Assembly (NCBI RefSeq): GCF_009914755.1
Contig: NC_060942.1
Direction: 5' to 3' (one strand)
DNA: 64,000 nt
Source: the human T2T-CHM13v2.0 reference genome, Homo sapiens
The translations under genes and the position numbers were made by a program. Shown here piece after piece: positions 27,350 to 44,300 of the stretch (position 1 is the stretch's first letter; every line of letters begins with the position of its first letter). Under the pieces are notes generated by a model. That model made no database searches and had not been told where the DNA came from. It saw only the letters and a list, made by a program, of their open reading frames with translations.

Positions 27350-27452
27350 TGGAACAGGGCAAGGGCACTCTCTTGTACAAAGATGCAACTCCAGTGGGAA
27401 ACATAGTGCCTGGCACATAGTAGCTGTTGAATAAACGTGTGTTGCCTGCCTG
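27350..27452 (+). mobile_element. L2 3' end
   Basis: 'acatagtgcctggcacatagtagctgttgaataaa'. Confidence 0.7.
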
Positions 27453-27788
27453 AAAACAAATTTTCCCGTGTATCAGGGTGAGTTGTTACATTGATTTTAC
27501 AAATAAAAGAGAAAATATTTAAATTATTAGGCAAGAATGCCTAAGTAGCTGTTTGAAAAATCTTCCCTTGTTTTAAAGGCTCTGTAACTATAGAGATTCT
27601 CAACTGCGTCACTTTGAGATAATAGATTGATGTGTTTATTATTTTGTAATAATTTTGAATATTACATTTCGCAATGGTATATGCTGTGTGTAAATGCCAT
27701 TATGCTGAACACAATTTTCAGAGACAGAAATGTAATAAAAATAGGATAAACAATGAAATAAATTTCTCTCCATAATTTATGCTTAAGG

Positions 27789-27831
27789 GTATATATATAC
27801 ATATATATGTGTGTATGTATATATATATATG
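27789..27831. repeat. (TA)n-rich microsatellite
   Basis: Direct reading. Confidence 0.85.
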
Positions 27832-28179
27832 AGATAATGAATATTGGACCAAAAGATGCGATGGGCTAAGAAGATTACTTGTTTAGTTTTTAAAATAATT
27901 TTTTATCCTGAAAAATAGAAAACTGTTTTTAACTCTTGAGTCAATCAATCAATAGATGTGGACTGAAAACAATATTCCTTACTGTGGAAAATAGGCTAGA
28001 ATTAGTGTGATAGAATTAATCAAATCTACTTTTCCTTTGTAGAATGAGTAATTTACGCAAAAATGATTAACTTCAACAAAGGGCAGATTTTTCTCTGTTT
28101 TAAAATTTTACTCCCCAAAACACAAGCTAAGGACTTCTAAAAACAGTAATTTGGCAGGTAGATTTTATCTCTATTTCAT

Positions 28180-29215
28180 GTAAATATAATTCCCAACTGT
28201 CATCAGTTTCTGATGGCTGACAATTCTGACGTTTGTATCTGCAGCCCAGACTTCGGCTTCCTACTCCATATTCTTTGGTCCTAGCCTACTATGCATCTCC
28301 ATTTGGAAGCCTAACAGGCGCTCAGACTTAACAAGTTCAGTTTCCAACATTTGCTTCATTTCATTAAACCTGCTCTTTCTGCACTCTTTCATTTTTATTA
28401 GTTGTAGTTATATTCTTCTAGGTTTTCTTGATGAAAGGCTTAGAGTCATTCCTAATTTCTATCTTTCCCTCACATTTTAATTCTTATGCATGAGAAAGTA
28501 CAGTGCAGATCCTGAATGCTAACATTTTTCATGACAACCATTTGCCCAAGCCACTATTGGACTTCTGCATCATTGTGGTATATGTAGAATATGTAAATGG
28601 ATAATATTAGTACCAATCTGACTTCCTGGCTTCCCTTTACATCACCCCATCGACTTCAACCTCAGTTTTCTCCATATAACAGCCAGAACGATGCTTGATA
28701 CAGGTACATGAGATTGTGTAAGCCCTTCTTCATGGCCCTCCAATGGTTTCCCATAATTGCTGTCAGTCTACTATTTTCCACCAACATACATACTGTGGGC
28801 TTCAAGGCACTGACGTTATCTTCTAGTATTCTCCGCCTCTGCTTTTATACTTACTTGGACACATCAAATAAATATCCACATTTCAGATTTTGTACTTGCT
28901 CCCTCCTCAACCTTCCCATTCTTCTGCATGGACAAAGGACTTGACTTGTTTCCTTTATTCTTGCCATTCTCTTTCATATGTCACCTTCTCAGTGAGGTCT
29001 CTCCTGGCCACCTCTCCATTATACTGGCTCTCAGCTTCCTAACTTTACCTTCCATGTCCTTTTAGCTGTAGCCACTATTGGATGTTCAACTCCTCTGGAA
29101 TATAATCTCCATGAAAACAATAACTCTGCCTCCTGGGTTCACTGCCTGTAGCCCCAGCACCTGACATAGTGCCTGATACAGAGAAGGCAATTAGTAAACA
29201 TTTATTGAGTGAATA
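28180..29215 (+). mobile_element. L2a, about 1 kb 3' portion
   Basis: 'tatctgcagcccagac','ccctccaatggtttccca','tcaccttctcagtgagg', ends 'agtgcctgatacagag...acatttattgagtgaat'. Confidence 0.85.
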
Positions 29216-30879
29216 CTTTGCTGAGAGTTCAATCATTTAAGTAAATATTAATGTATGTTACTGGCAATATAAGTAACAACTAGTGGATACAGATAAATAG
29301 CTAGATAGATGTGTTCACCTTTATTAATAATATGTAATCTTATAATCACCCTGAAATGTAAATTAATTTCAGTCAATATAGTTTGACAAATATAATAAAT
29401 CATCATTTAGTATTTTAGAGTTTGTGTAAGGTGAGTGATCTAACTACTTTGTTTATAAATCTAACTGTCACCATTAAGACAGCTAATGTGATTTATAAAC
29501 ACATGTATTTTGGAATTGATATGTAAAATCTGAAATGCCAACAAACATTTGGTTTTGGAGTGTGTGTTAGAGTATGTTAATGTTGCATTCCCTTCTACTT
29601 TTTTTGAAAGAGATCCTCAAGAGAAAAACAACTCTAGAAAATGGGGTACTGAACAAACACAAAAGATGGAAAAATAAGTTGAAATAATTATGGTTAATAG
29701 CATTCTCATATAATACCTAAAACGTCATATTTTCTACCAAAAGAAAGTACTTTACATTTGGAACACTATTTTTTTAGAACTTATTTTATGGTAGAGTTTT
29801 GGATGTTCAAATTTATCATTATCAGATGATCTCAAACAATACTGAGTTCGTGCTAACTTGACTCCACTGACAACTGATTAGTGAACTAGTTTGTGTATGT
29901 TGCTTACTAGGTAATCAAGCTCTGAATAAAAGAGTACAGTTTTCAAAAGTTATACTATTGCCAAAACAAATACTATATGTTGGAACCCAATATCCTCAAA
30001 TAATTTATTTTCCATGGAAGTGTGTAATCTCAGCTTGAGTTGTCTAATCAATCCAGCACCACAGCCAACATCAGTTCAATATCTTTTCTTCTCAAGGAAG
30101 AGCACGTACTGAGAGTTTCTGCTCTTGCAATGTGATCTTAGGTTTCCACGTACTTGTGGGTCAGGGGAGTGGTGTTTAGTAGTTTCCACATTCTTACATT
30201 TGCCTAATTAACATATAACAATTGTTGCAAAATGCCTAATTACAGTTGGGACACATGGAACCTCTTTAGCTTTTCTGATAAGTCTGTAACCATGAACATC
30301 ATCATAAGATTAAAATGAAACACTTATGTCAGTTCATGTAATGATTCATTTTTTAAATTTCCCACTGAGACACAGGGATGATTTATACTTATATTGGATC
30401 CTTAAATATATCTTTATAAAGGTTAGAATATTAGAACTTCAATCTAGAGATTAATAAATGCAAAAAATACAGAACATAGCTTTCATTGTTATTATGATCA
30501 CATCCTTATTGTATTGATTGTGTAGGAAACAGAAACAGGAAACCCAGAACAATGATCTGTAACAGTGGAATAATATTTCTTCCTTAATGTCTTCAGAAGA
30601 GCCAGGAGAGCTATTATTTCAGAAGAGTTGCTTTTGTTTAATACATAGAATAGTTTGTTTTACTAAAATTAAACAAAGTAATTAGATTGACTTTCTAAAA
30701 GTGGTAAATTGTGGTTGCAATACCATTGGTAAGACACTAAGTGAAAGGATACATAATTGGCTAACTTCTTGAAAAGCATGATAATATCATTTATCATAGA
30801 AGTTTGATAATTATTATTGTTGGAAGAATGACGAATTTGAATGTCTGAAAAATTTAGCGGAATATATTCAACAGATAAG

Positions 30880-31145
30880 GCTCAGGACTCTGAAACCAAG
30901 AAAACCATGAAACAGGAGAGGGTAATTCAAGAAAATACTGTGGAGAGAGACACTGTGAGCCAAGAACAGAATGAGGGTGGCTGCTAATATATTAAAAGTC
31001 GAGAAAGAAGAAATAATTCAAAAAACAAAGACAAAATGGTCAAGGAAATGCAGAGACTCTCAGAAGAGGTTACAGTCAAGAGTCCCAAGCGAATAGAGCT
31101 TCAAGTAATAAGTGCTCAGCAGTGCTGAATGCAGAGAAGCTGTTC
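30880..31145 (-). mobile_element. L2 relic
   Basis: Purine-rich antisense L2-like, 'cagcagtgctgaatgcagagaag'. Confidence 0.5.
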
Positions 31146-34007
31146 TAGTATCTTTAATTTGTTAGAAACTAGTAAAGTATCAACCACGTGAAATTCTGAG
31201 GTGGTTACTTTAAGCTACAATCTAAGGAGTGGATCAGTTGTCTTATCATAACCTCAAATCCCATGTTATTTAGTGTGCCATCAGGAACCCCACACTTCAA
31301 AAGAGCATTCACATGTGCTTGACCTCGAGATGCCATATATGTATATCAGTCAAACAGCACGCTCCTTTATAAAGTACTATGAATAATATTACAAATAAGT
31401 TTTCATTACTGAAACTAGTGGTCTTCAAGAGATGTTAGACTGACTGAACTATTTAAAGATACTCTTAATAGGATAAGGATATAGAAAGTTCTGTAGTGTG
31501 CGCTCTTATAGATGGAGCCGTTACATTTATCTCTAAATTGCCCTGTGACTGGCTGTGAATTTAAAGGATTCTGCTTGGTGTTAGCCTTAACTAAATCTTG
31601 ACCTAAGAGTATTGTCACATATTTTTTCTTAAATGAACCTTTCATGCAAACTACAGTTACCAGATAGCTGAAATATCCTTGCATTTTCAAAATAGGTTGT
31701 ATGATTTTATTGTGTATGCATGCTAAAAATATTTGTATAATAAATAGCTACATGTGTGACAGATTTCAATCTGAGACATTCTTTTATTAGACCTAAAAAT
31801 ATAGTTATGGGAATAATATCAAACCTTAAAGCAGAGATAATTATCTTCTAAACAGGAACCAAGTGTTGTGCATAACCAAAATGTTTTCCAGTTGACATAG
31901 AGACCCATGAACTAGGATAATTGACTAGTGAATTTTCAACACAGAAGCTGTTGTTTCTTTGTGGCAGGGAGAGTTCACTGCTACTGTGAAAGTGTAAATC
32001 TACCTGAAAGAGATTGAGGAGGAAATAAGAAAGTGCAGAAAACATCTAAATTAATAAAGTTCTCATTGTCATTGTCTGGTATATTCTTCTATTTTGGTAA
32101 ATAGTAAGTATGGTTGAATTTTCCTTCATTGTAAGATTAAAGAAGGCAAAAATATTTAAAATCATAGACTTTAAAACAGTAAAATTACTAAACAATGTCT
32201 TAAAATAACACAAATACTTGTTTTTCAGTTCAACATATATTATCTTTAAAAATAAGATATCTTGCTTTAGCTAATATATCCTCATCCTGATATAAACTTA
32301 ATAATTTAGAGCATGAAGAAAAAATTTTAATTCCAGTTACAAAAATAATTTTAATATATTATTTGACATATGTGTCATTTTATATTGAATAATATTTTAA
32401 ACCAATATATTTCTTATTCAAGGACAGAAAAAGAAATGAATAGAGTCATTATTCTCTGGAACAATAGAAGAAAATGTTATATTCGTAGGTCTCAAACATT
32501 GTTTCAAAAAAGGAGTACCTTTTGCAAACTAAAGAACTACCTTTTGCAAATTAAAGAACTATCGAGAATTCTGAATGACTCAGATAATTTTTTATAAGAG
32601 CATCCTCAGCTATATCTTCTTATGGATTCACGATGGAAAATTATAATACTGTAGGTTTCCATGTCAAATATTAAGCTAATTACCAATCTAGTTGTCTAGT
32701 CTGAGAGTTAATGGGATAAGTTTCAGATAGAGAACTGTCATTTTGTCTAGGCAGCTAGATGAGTAGGTAACTTAAAATAAAAGATAAGTCATTTTAGAAA
32801 TATGTGAGGTCAACAAAGATCTATCTCTTTGTTGTTTAAAATCTCTAAGTTTTAAAGTTTAAATCTCTAAGTCTTAATTGAAACTGTCCCAACTACCCCT
32901 ATTCTATCTGACAAACTATGAGCAAGAAGATAACACCACAGTTCCTTAAAAAAAAAGCACCAGCACTTTCCACACAATCACAATTTTTAATGGAAGTAAC
33001 TTGACAAGGAAATAGAAAGTAAGTAAATTAATATGAGAACATATACCTGATATTTTTCTGAGCCTGCTTCTCTAGTTAAGGCAAATATAATGTGTGCCAT
33101 TATATAGCTAGCTGGGGAATTATATGTACTAGTAACATTTTGCATCCAACGAATATTACAAATGGAAAAAGTATATGATGAGCAATATTCAAATATAAAA
33201 ATCTATCTTTATAGTTTTTAGCAGTCTATGCAAAAAGAAATCTTTTTTCTTCAATAAAAGTGACATTTTTTCCATTTGTTTAACATGTGAAATACCACTT
33301 TGTAATAGCTTAAGCCTACCACATGCTATCAAAAAAACACAGGAATAATTAAGAGAAATTATAAAGATTATTCAGAAATCTTGTGATCTAGGGCTTTTGT
33401 GATTCCACGAGAGCTATTTAAATATTTTTCCTATTTTCCACCAATATCTCAGTTTTGTTACAGGAAAAATGTTGAAGACTTTAAAGATGAGATTGTCTGT
33501 GTCTTTTTCTCTAATTAAAAGCTCCTACTGGAAGCTCTCCGTTCTTCTCCTTCTTTACTTATATATAGTTCCCTCTGCACTTATTTTCACGTAACGTTTA
33601 TGATTGCATTTATCCATATAACTGTTTGTAACTTGTGACTTCCTACTCCACTGGAGGACTGAAGAAAAGTTCTCTTTTCTAGTTCCCACAGTCCACAGTC
33701 ACATCCCGTCATGCATATGAAAATAAATACTACTAAAATATTAACTGAAAATAAGGATGCTAGGGTTTTCCTTTTGTCAGGTAAGAACTAACTTCTTTTG
33801 TCACCTTAAACTTGGAGGTGGAGATAATGATGTTGAAGGGACTGTGGTTAAGCAAAAGTGGAGTTTTATCTTCCCTTACCTATCAGTCTTTTTATATAAT
33901 TGGCCAAGTCCACTGCGGTAACTACTATCTAATTCCATTGACTTGTTTCCTGTGTGAAGCTCTGAACTGTAGAAGCCTTAAAGTTTCTAATGCTGTGGGA
34001 AAAAACC

Positions 34008-34690
<683 letters not shown>

Positions 34691-35469
34691 TAACATAATA
34701 CTCTTTGGGTTCAGCAATCTTTGACATTTATTTTCTCCAATTTATCTTCTAATGGACAAATAGATGGAAGTTATAAAGACTCTTTTTTAAAAAAGTATAT
34801 AAAGTAGCACCATCACTCAGGGACAGGACATTTTTCTGTAAAGAAATTAAGGTATGTTTACATGCAGTATAATTTGCACTTTTAATGTAAAATTTTGTAA
34901 GCCCTTAGAAATGGGCATGGTTATTTAACCACCACAAGAATAAAAATACACAACAATTTAATCACTCCCCACAAATTTCCTCATGTCTTTTTGTCATGAA
35001 CCCACAATTTATCCCTAACCCCTGACAACCTATGATTTGTTAACTGTCTCTGTAGTTTTGCCTTTGTAAGTGTCGAAGAAATGAAATCAGACACAACATA
35101 ACCTTTCCAGTTTGGCTTCTTATATTTAATATAATGCATTTGGGATTTTCTACACATTTATATTTATCAGTGGGTCACTTCTTTTTCATTGGCAAATACT
35201 ATTTCTTTAAATAGACCTATCACAGTTTATTTATTTACTTACCTGTTGAAGTATATGTGAGCCATTTCCACATCTAGAATTGTGAGTAAACATTTCACAT
35301 ACATACATAAATTGTGTGGGAACATATTTTAATTTTCTTGATAAATACCCAGACGTGGGGTTGCCGGGTTGTATGGTGTGTGTACATTCAGTATTATAAA
35401 AACTGCTAAAGTTTTCCTAAATGATGGCAACATTTTGAATTTGCATTGCTTCACACCTTGTTGAAAATG

Positions 35470-35540
35470 CACACACACACACACACATATGTACATATAT
35501 ACACACACACACATATGTATATTTAAATATATATATTTTT
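35470..35540. repeat. (CA)n/(TA)n microsatellite
   Basis: Direct reading. Confidence 0.9.
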
Positions 35541-35611
35541 GGATTATATTGTATTTCATTGATCTATATATCCATTCTTTTGTCAATATTTACTTTCTTG
35601 GTAATTATAGG

Positions 35612-35922
<311 letters not shown>

Positions 35923-37951
35923 GGTAATTATAGTTTTAAAATAAGTCTTAATATCTAGTAGTCCAAGTTTCTCAATATTGTTCTTTTTAAAAATTGTTTT
36001 GCCTCTCTAATTCCCTTGTCTTCTCATATATTTCAGAATCAGCTCATTGATTTTTACAAAAATGTATTATTTTGGAGAGAATTTACATCTTACTGCTGCT
36101 GAGTCTTCTAAAATATGAAGACTATATATACCTTAATTTATTTAAATCTTTTATTTCTTTCATCAACATTTTATAGATTTCAGCATACTTATTCTGCACA
36201 TATTTGGTAAGATTTAATGCCTAAGTAGTTCATCTTTCATGGTGCTGTTGTAAAAGGAACTTTTTAAAGTTTTTGATCTTCATTGTTTATATATATAAAT
36301 AAGTTGCTTTTTTTAACCCTTGTATGACAGTGCTAAACTCACTTGTTAGTTCTAGAAAGTTCATGCATGTTCTTTGGAATTTCATGAATAGATAAAATCC
36401 TATGTCTTCCTTTTCAGTCTTTCCAGTCATTATGCCTCTTGTTTCTTTTGTAGCCTTGTTGCACTGACTGGATGCAGTCAGTGCAACTCATGGATGATGT
36501 TGAAGAGGAGAGGGAAGAGAAGACAATTTTGACTTTTTCCCAGACTTAGGGGAAAAGTGTTCAGTCTTTCACCTTTATGTATGATGTTAATTATAGGTTT
36601 TTTATAGAGGCTATATGTCAGATTGAGGGATTTTCCTTCTAGTCTTAGCTTCCTAGTATATTTTTTTCATGAATGGATGTTGATTATTTTCAAATATTAT
36701 TTCAAAGATTAGTTGTGGGTTTTCCATTATATAATCTTTTGATATGGTAAATTGAATTGCATAGCCTTCAATGTTGAACCAGCCTTGGTTACTGGAAGAA
36801 ATTCCACTTGGTTATGATGGGTTGTGCATTTTGTATGTTGTTGGTAATCTTTGCTGCTATTTTATGGAGTTTTTTGCATCTATATTAATAAGGTACATTG
36901 GTCTGTAGCTTTATTTTTTCCTCTTGTGATGTCTTTTCTCTAACCTCAGCAACTGCTATCCTCAAGGAATTACTTGAGAAATATCCCCTTCTCTCTGTTT
37001 TGTGCAGTAGTTAGTATAGAATTTATATCATTCCTTGCAACTTAGTGGAATTTTCCAGTGAAATCATCTGTACCTTTCCAATTTTGTTGGAAAGTTTTTA
37101 ATTAGAATTCAGTTTTGTTTAAAGTCACAGACTTCAGTGGAGATGTAAAGGTCACATTACAGAAACAATTAGGTAGTGAGTGTGAGGATGGAGGTGGAGA
37201 TTGATAGCGTTTGGGTTACATGGTTCTAGGCAGTGATGTAAAGACAGGGTTATTAAAATTGGCGTGATGGGTCAAGTTTGGCACTAAGTGTATTTATGGA
37301 TCTACAGCGCCATTGCATACTATAGCAGAGATATTTTTTCTTTCATAAGGTCATGCCATGATGCTTATGCAGTCTGTCTCAGGAATTCATGACTGCAAAC
37401 TGGAAGATCCAGATATGGTTAGGAAGAAAGAAATGAGAATGAGTGATATAGACAGAGTCTGATGGAAAGCTATAGGTGCTCTTTGACCACTGTGGAGGAA
37501 AAGGAACCACTTTTGCTGTGATTAGTCATGGCATCTTTGTTGCTTTTAAAAGCAAATTATATATTTTGATAAAAATCTTATTTATATTGCTAAGGTATAG
37601 ATAGAACAATGATGTGTATTCCACATTTGTGTAGCTAATATTACATATTTTAACAATCCTATTACATTTCCACCATTTACTCAAGTATAACCATCACCAG
37701 TGGTAAGACACACCCTGTCCACCTGGTTGTGCTTATGAGTCCCAAGTATTCTTTCCTTCATCAGAGAACCCTTTTTTTCTACTCCTCAAAATTACCAAGT
37801 CCTGGTTCCCAGAATAATTTACAGTCTTAATTCTTTTTATTCTTTCTGTGTGTTTCTTCAACCTCATTTATATATGAAATTCAACCACCTTTCAAAATCT
37901 TAACAAAATGTTATGCCGATAATCACAAAATTAATTTTAAAGCCAGGATAT

Positions 37952-38268
<317 letters not shown>

Positions 38269-40890
38269 TCAGAATATTTGTACTTTCTGTGTCAGACTTT
38301 CATTTCCCCTTACCCCCAATAACACTTTCCCAAATAAATTGTTCACTTAATATTTAAGCTGCACATTTAACAGCTCTCATTTAAATAAAACTGTCTCTAC
38401 ATATTTTTATTCTAGGGTGAACACAACTAAATTGTAATTGTGCCATCGTTGAGATTCTCAGGGTGTTATGTATTTATGCAAGAGCAAATGGATGTGAAAT
38501 GCTTCCATTATTTCAAACTTCAATGCAGAAACAGCAGTGACAGCTGCATTTTTTTGCTGGTAATGTTCAACTTGATCAAACTGTCCTGTTTTATTAAATC
38601 AATGTTGCCGCATACAAGACTAATGGAAGAATGGCAATTAGATGTAGCTTTTACCCTGAGACTACTTTGCTAGGAGACTAATGCTCTAATTTGTGTTTCA
38701 GAAACTTGCTATTATTTTAAAGTCATTTTGGCTAAAGTTTGAATATTCTTGAAACAAACGAATCCTAACATTCTTATTAAGCACAGAGAGCAATGAAATA
38801 CAAGTTTATTACACTGAATTGGAGCTGCTGGATATTGCATTTAATTCTTCATTACTTGTATATTCTTTTTGGTGCTATTGGAATCATACAATATTGCTTT
38901 TAGTTAATGTTAACCATTAAGTAATGAAAACATCTTCAATCACTTACCAGGGTATCTTAATACTCACTGTTCAGGCCATAAATTTGCTTTTGTAAATATG
39001 GACTACTGATTTTATTAACTTCTTTACTAATTGCCTTTAAGACACTCATGCCCAGTATTTTTTAAAAGTCCAAATGAGATGAATTGGAGTTTTGTTGTTT
39101 AGCTTATTACATTTAAATACCAGAGAGCCAAATGTTTTTAATTTTTTCTATGATTTTATGAATGGCCATTACCAACGTGAATACATTGTGTCATGTCCAA
39201 AATGGTCTATATATCTGTATATTGGCCAAAGTACAAAGCATGAGCAATGGTGAAATTGTCTTTACTAAAATGTATAAAACATCTTATGATTCTGAACTGC
39301 TGTGAAAAGGGAAGTCAGATTCAGTTTAGTCAATCATTTGGAAAAATGTGCTTAATAGCCAATTGTAACTTTAGTAAAATAACTTTAGTAATTTAAAATT
39401 TGTATTTTAGTGTACATTTATTTTTGCTCATTTCCTCATCATCTTTGTCTTCATCTTTGATCTCCCCTCCCCTTTTTCTTTCTTTTTGGCTAAATTATAA
39501 TTATATGGAGGAAATTATAATGTTACCAAGTCATAGATGAAGTAAGTGGTTGAACTGAGGAAGAATACAAATAATTCTGGCAACACTGTCTTATTTATAA
39601 GAAAATAAAATGAAACAAAATGAAACTTGTTAACAGAAGCAATGAATTTTGAAGAGAGAGGTGATTGGAGCAAACACATTGATTCCTGTTGCTACTGTTG
39701 TTTTCTTTACATTAAAAATTTCTTTCCTCATATCCTATGCACTCTATTATTACAGCATTATCTGTTGACAGTTATGTAGCTCTTCAAGACCTTGAACCAT
39801 CTTTCTCCCATATCATCTGTTGTTTTTGTATCTTGGCACATTGCTCTCACACATTAAAATATTCCTTTTTTGGAATGCAGTATATAAGATGAGGCACAAG
39901 GTACAGATTCATAACATTGTTATTATTTTAGAGAGAGAGCTGTAGTCAACTCTCTAAAACTGAACTTCTTTTAGGAGATAAGATCTAATAATTATTATAC
40001 TTGCCTAGGAAATAAGGGTAAATATTTGAAGGACTCATAAAACAAGGGGTAAGACATCTTCAAAATCTATAAAACTTTACTTCAGTGTTATCATTCATAT
40101 GCAGATATTAAAGGAGATGAAGCCTGTTTTACACATAAGCACTTTGTCATTTTCCCAATATACTATGATTATTTTATACCACAGGAGATAGTAGCAATAA
40201 ATAGGATTAGGCCCATACTGTCATTGTTAATATATTAAAGATTTTTCATTTATTGTTCTCCTTAACGGTTATTACAGACCAATCTCATCCCATATGTAAA
40301 TTTATAATTAGCAATGTGTCCTGCAAAATATTAAACCATTTGCCTTGTTAATTGTAAAATATGAATACCTTACTATCACCATTGAAACCATAGTTCTTTC
40401 ACTAAATCTCTTCTAGAATCTGGCTCATTTAATTTTCATTCCAAATTAAGTATTCATTAGACTAAAACCACATAAAATAACACATATCAGACTGTTAGGT
40501 AAGCATGAGAAATATGCTGGGTTGGTAAGTATGAATGTGCAATGTAAAGGAGATTGGACTGATAATATCAGTTGGATTATGTTTGGGCAGATGCTTGGGT
40601 TGACCCTGACGATCACAATAATGGTGTTTCTAGTGGATTTCAGTTGTTTTTTCCTGTTCATCATCGCCCCATCCCCCCACACGCACCCCCCCACACACAA
40701 TCTTTAGGTTTAAAATATATTTTATTTTTGTGGAAATTATATTCCATATTTGCAGATGGGTCTCCTTGTCTCGGTACTCCCCCCAACCTTCTCTTACAAA
40801 AAAAGGGCAAGAAACCATACTCAAGCCTTGTCAATCAATGCAATCGATGCTATCTTGAGCGTCATACTTTATTCAAATGTTGGCATTTAG

Positions 40891-41320
<430 letters not shown>

Positions 41321-44300
41321 CTACAGTATTAAGCATGGATATCATTGTTGATAAATCAATCAATATCTCTGTGACTTAGTGCCCCGTTTAGATAATTGAG
41401 AATTGGTTTAAATCAATGCTTTCTACGATTATTCTCCCTTAAAAAATGGTTATAACTTTTAACAACAACAAAAACTGGTATGTGGATTGCAGCTATTCAA
41501 ATTTCCTTTAAAATCTGGTATTCCAGATGTCACATTTCGTTAGTGTGAATATGTATCACTGGAGATGAATGTTAGCTAAATTTTTAACTTTATTTTATTA
41601 TACACCACAATTAGCTGATTTTATTAATTATATGAGGTAAAATAGTATAGAAGATTGAATTTAATCTTGAGATTATTTTTCATTTTATATCTATACTTAA
41701 AATAACAAAGCTCGTTCACTAAATGTAATGCATGTTAGTTCAATACTTTATGTTTTACCAATTAATGTACTCATTTCTGTTCACATATTGTTATTAAAAA
41801 TAAGAAAGAAGAGGAATTAACTCTTAAGATTTATGATTGTTGCCATGTTTTAGAAACTATGCTTCTGTCCTTTGGTCAAAAGCTTAAGCTAATTAAGTTT
41901 CTAGCCTGACTGCTAATACTGAACTCAGACACACGCCTTTGAGCACGTGCGTGGGTGCGCACACACATATACTCACGCACACATGCACACTCTCTCTCAG
42001 AGTACAATCTACCCTAATACATCTTGCCATACTTTGCTTATGAGAAGCTTCCAGTCACTCCAGATAATGAGGATTTCCAGCAATAAGTGGTTTCCAAAGA
42101 AAAAGATAACCCTTTGTTTTCTAACCAACATGACATTGCTAGTGAATTGTATTTACCTGTTGGGTTTAAAACTAGATTTCACTGTCTGATAAAATACATA
42201 GGAGCCTTTCTGTCATCTGAAAATCTTGCATAATGGAGAGATTTTTGGATAATTGTGCATTATGGTAAAATTCTTCAGCAACAAAGCAATATACAGGTGG
42301 TGTGACAGTAATTATAAAAAAAATTTCAGTTAAGCTAAATTGCTTAGCAGTGAATCAATGCATTTGTATTTGCCAAAGGATGAACATGCTTCTTGGTGTT
42401 ATAAAACTGCAACATTATAATTTTATCAAAGAAAAGATAAGTGAAAATACAATTTATAATTAAAATATTACTATAATTTGCATTGCAAGTTAGTATTTGT
42501 CAGATTAAAATTTAATAAAATGTTAGGTATCTCGTAAGGTTTAAAATACATATTACCTCTAGTTAGGTTTTATTTTAGCTTCTTGTCAATGCATGTAACT
42601 TATTGATTTTATATTTTAAAATATTATGTAACAATAATTCAAAAATCAATATATGCAAAATGAACAATGTAAGATCCTTTTTCATTTAGATTTTTTCTCT
42701 TGAAATTTTCTTGAAATTATTTGATTACCTGTTTGTGTAAATACTTGAAGCCTGTAAGTATGCATTTTGATTTCTCCAAGTACTTTTTACTGATCACTTT
42801 GAGGTCAAAATATTGAATCAAATATAAGATAAAAATGTAAATGAGTAAAAAAAAAGAAAGGGAAACAAGAAAAAAGGAGGGAAGAAGACATGAAGACGAC
42901 ATTTAAGAACACTTTTCTCCTTTGCCATCCTCTTGAAAAATTAACAAGACTTGCCTGACGTACTATATCGATTTTCAAATCTCCTCTTTGTGCCAAATTT
43001 CCAAGTGGAAGAAAGTAACATTCTTGAAAATTTTAATAGGATATTGTGTTGTAAAATATTGTTTAAAAGTCAAACTAGTTGAATGAATCCTGAGCTGTAA
43101 TAAATAACTCATCTGATTCATATAGGAACTTTAAAATGAAAAACATAGAGTACATATAATTCATATAGACAGTTCTGTTAACTATAAGCAAGTAGGTAGT
43201 TATTTTATTAATTTATATTGGGAACAAAATCATGATTAATGTCATTTAACCAGCAAGCATATTAATTTATCCCACATCTTTCATCTAAACAAATTTGGGT
43301 AGGTTTTTTGTTTTTTTTTAAGAAACTATTTTTATTTTATTTTAAAATTAGGCTGTTGTCTTTGCCTATATTATTATACAACATGCTACCTCCTACTTTG
43401 TAGACCACATCATGACTAAAGCTCTCCATATATATTTTTTTTTTTTTGAAGAAACAGATGCTTGCTATGGGCTTTGCAGGCATTGCCATTCAGCTCACTC
43501 AGTGTTGTCTTCTGTTCATAGCCTCAGACTGATTAGAGGCTCTGCTCAGTTAATCAGACGACACGGTGGACAATTTTTTAAATTACTGATGGTGAATCTT
43601 CTATGAGTTATATCAGCTATTCATGTGTATCAGCTCTTGGCTAATATTAAGATGATGACAGCTTTCCGTTTGTTTTAAGTGTTTAACCTATCTCCACTAT
43701 AATATTTAAAACACATGAGATGAGACAAACATTCTTATATCAGAATGATTTATCCAGAGTGCTTAATTGTGTAGTTTAGTGAGTTCTATGATTTCTTCCT
43801 AGGCTTCTTTTAGACCACACAAGGATTAAATGAGGCATCGTGTAAATATTTATAGTCAAGAAAAATTTTCCATATGTTTGTGGGAGATAACCTTTCTAAT
43901 GCATATGAAAGGAATTATAAATATTTTTTCCTGGTCCTAAGGTGAACATGATAATAAATTCAGCAGCCTGTGTGCTTCAGTGTTTTCCAATATTCACTAG
44001 ATAACCTGCTTTTTACTGTTGCTTAGTCGGTCATCTGTCTTTGTTTTCCTTTGTTTCTGGGCCACCTGAGAGTGTCATTGCCATAAAGCCAGTGGCGTAC
44101 TGAATAAATGAGGGATTCAGGCGTGAACTAACAAACATAAAAGCTATTTTTAATATTATTTCTTTCTGCTACAGCTCAGAAGAAACAAAAATAGAATAGA
44201 CTTGAAAAAGTAAACAGCTTTCTAAAAAGAAACAACAGGAAATGAATTAGAGAAAACTATGAAGAAGTAACTTGAAAGTGAAAGATATATGGTTCCTAAT

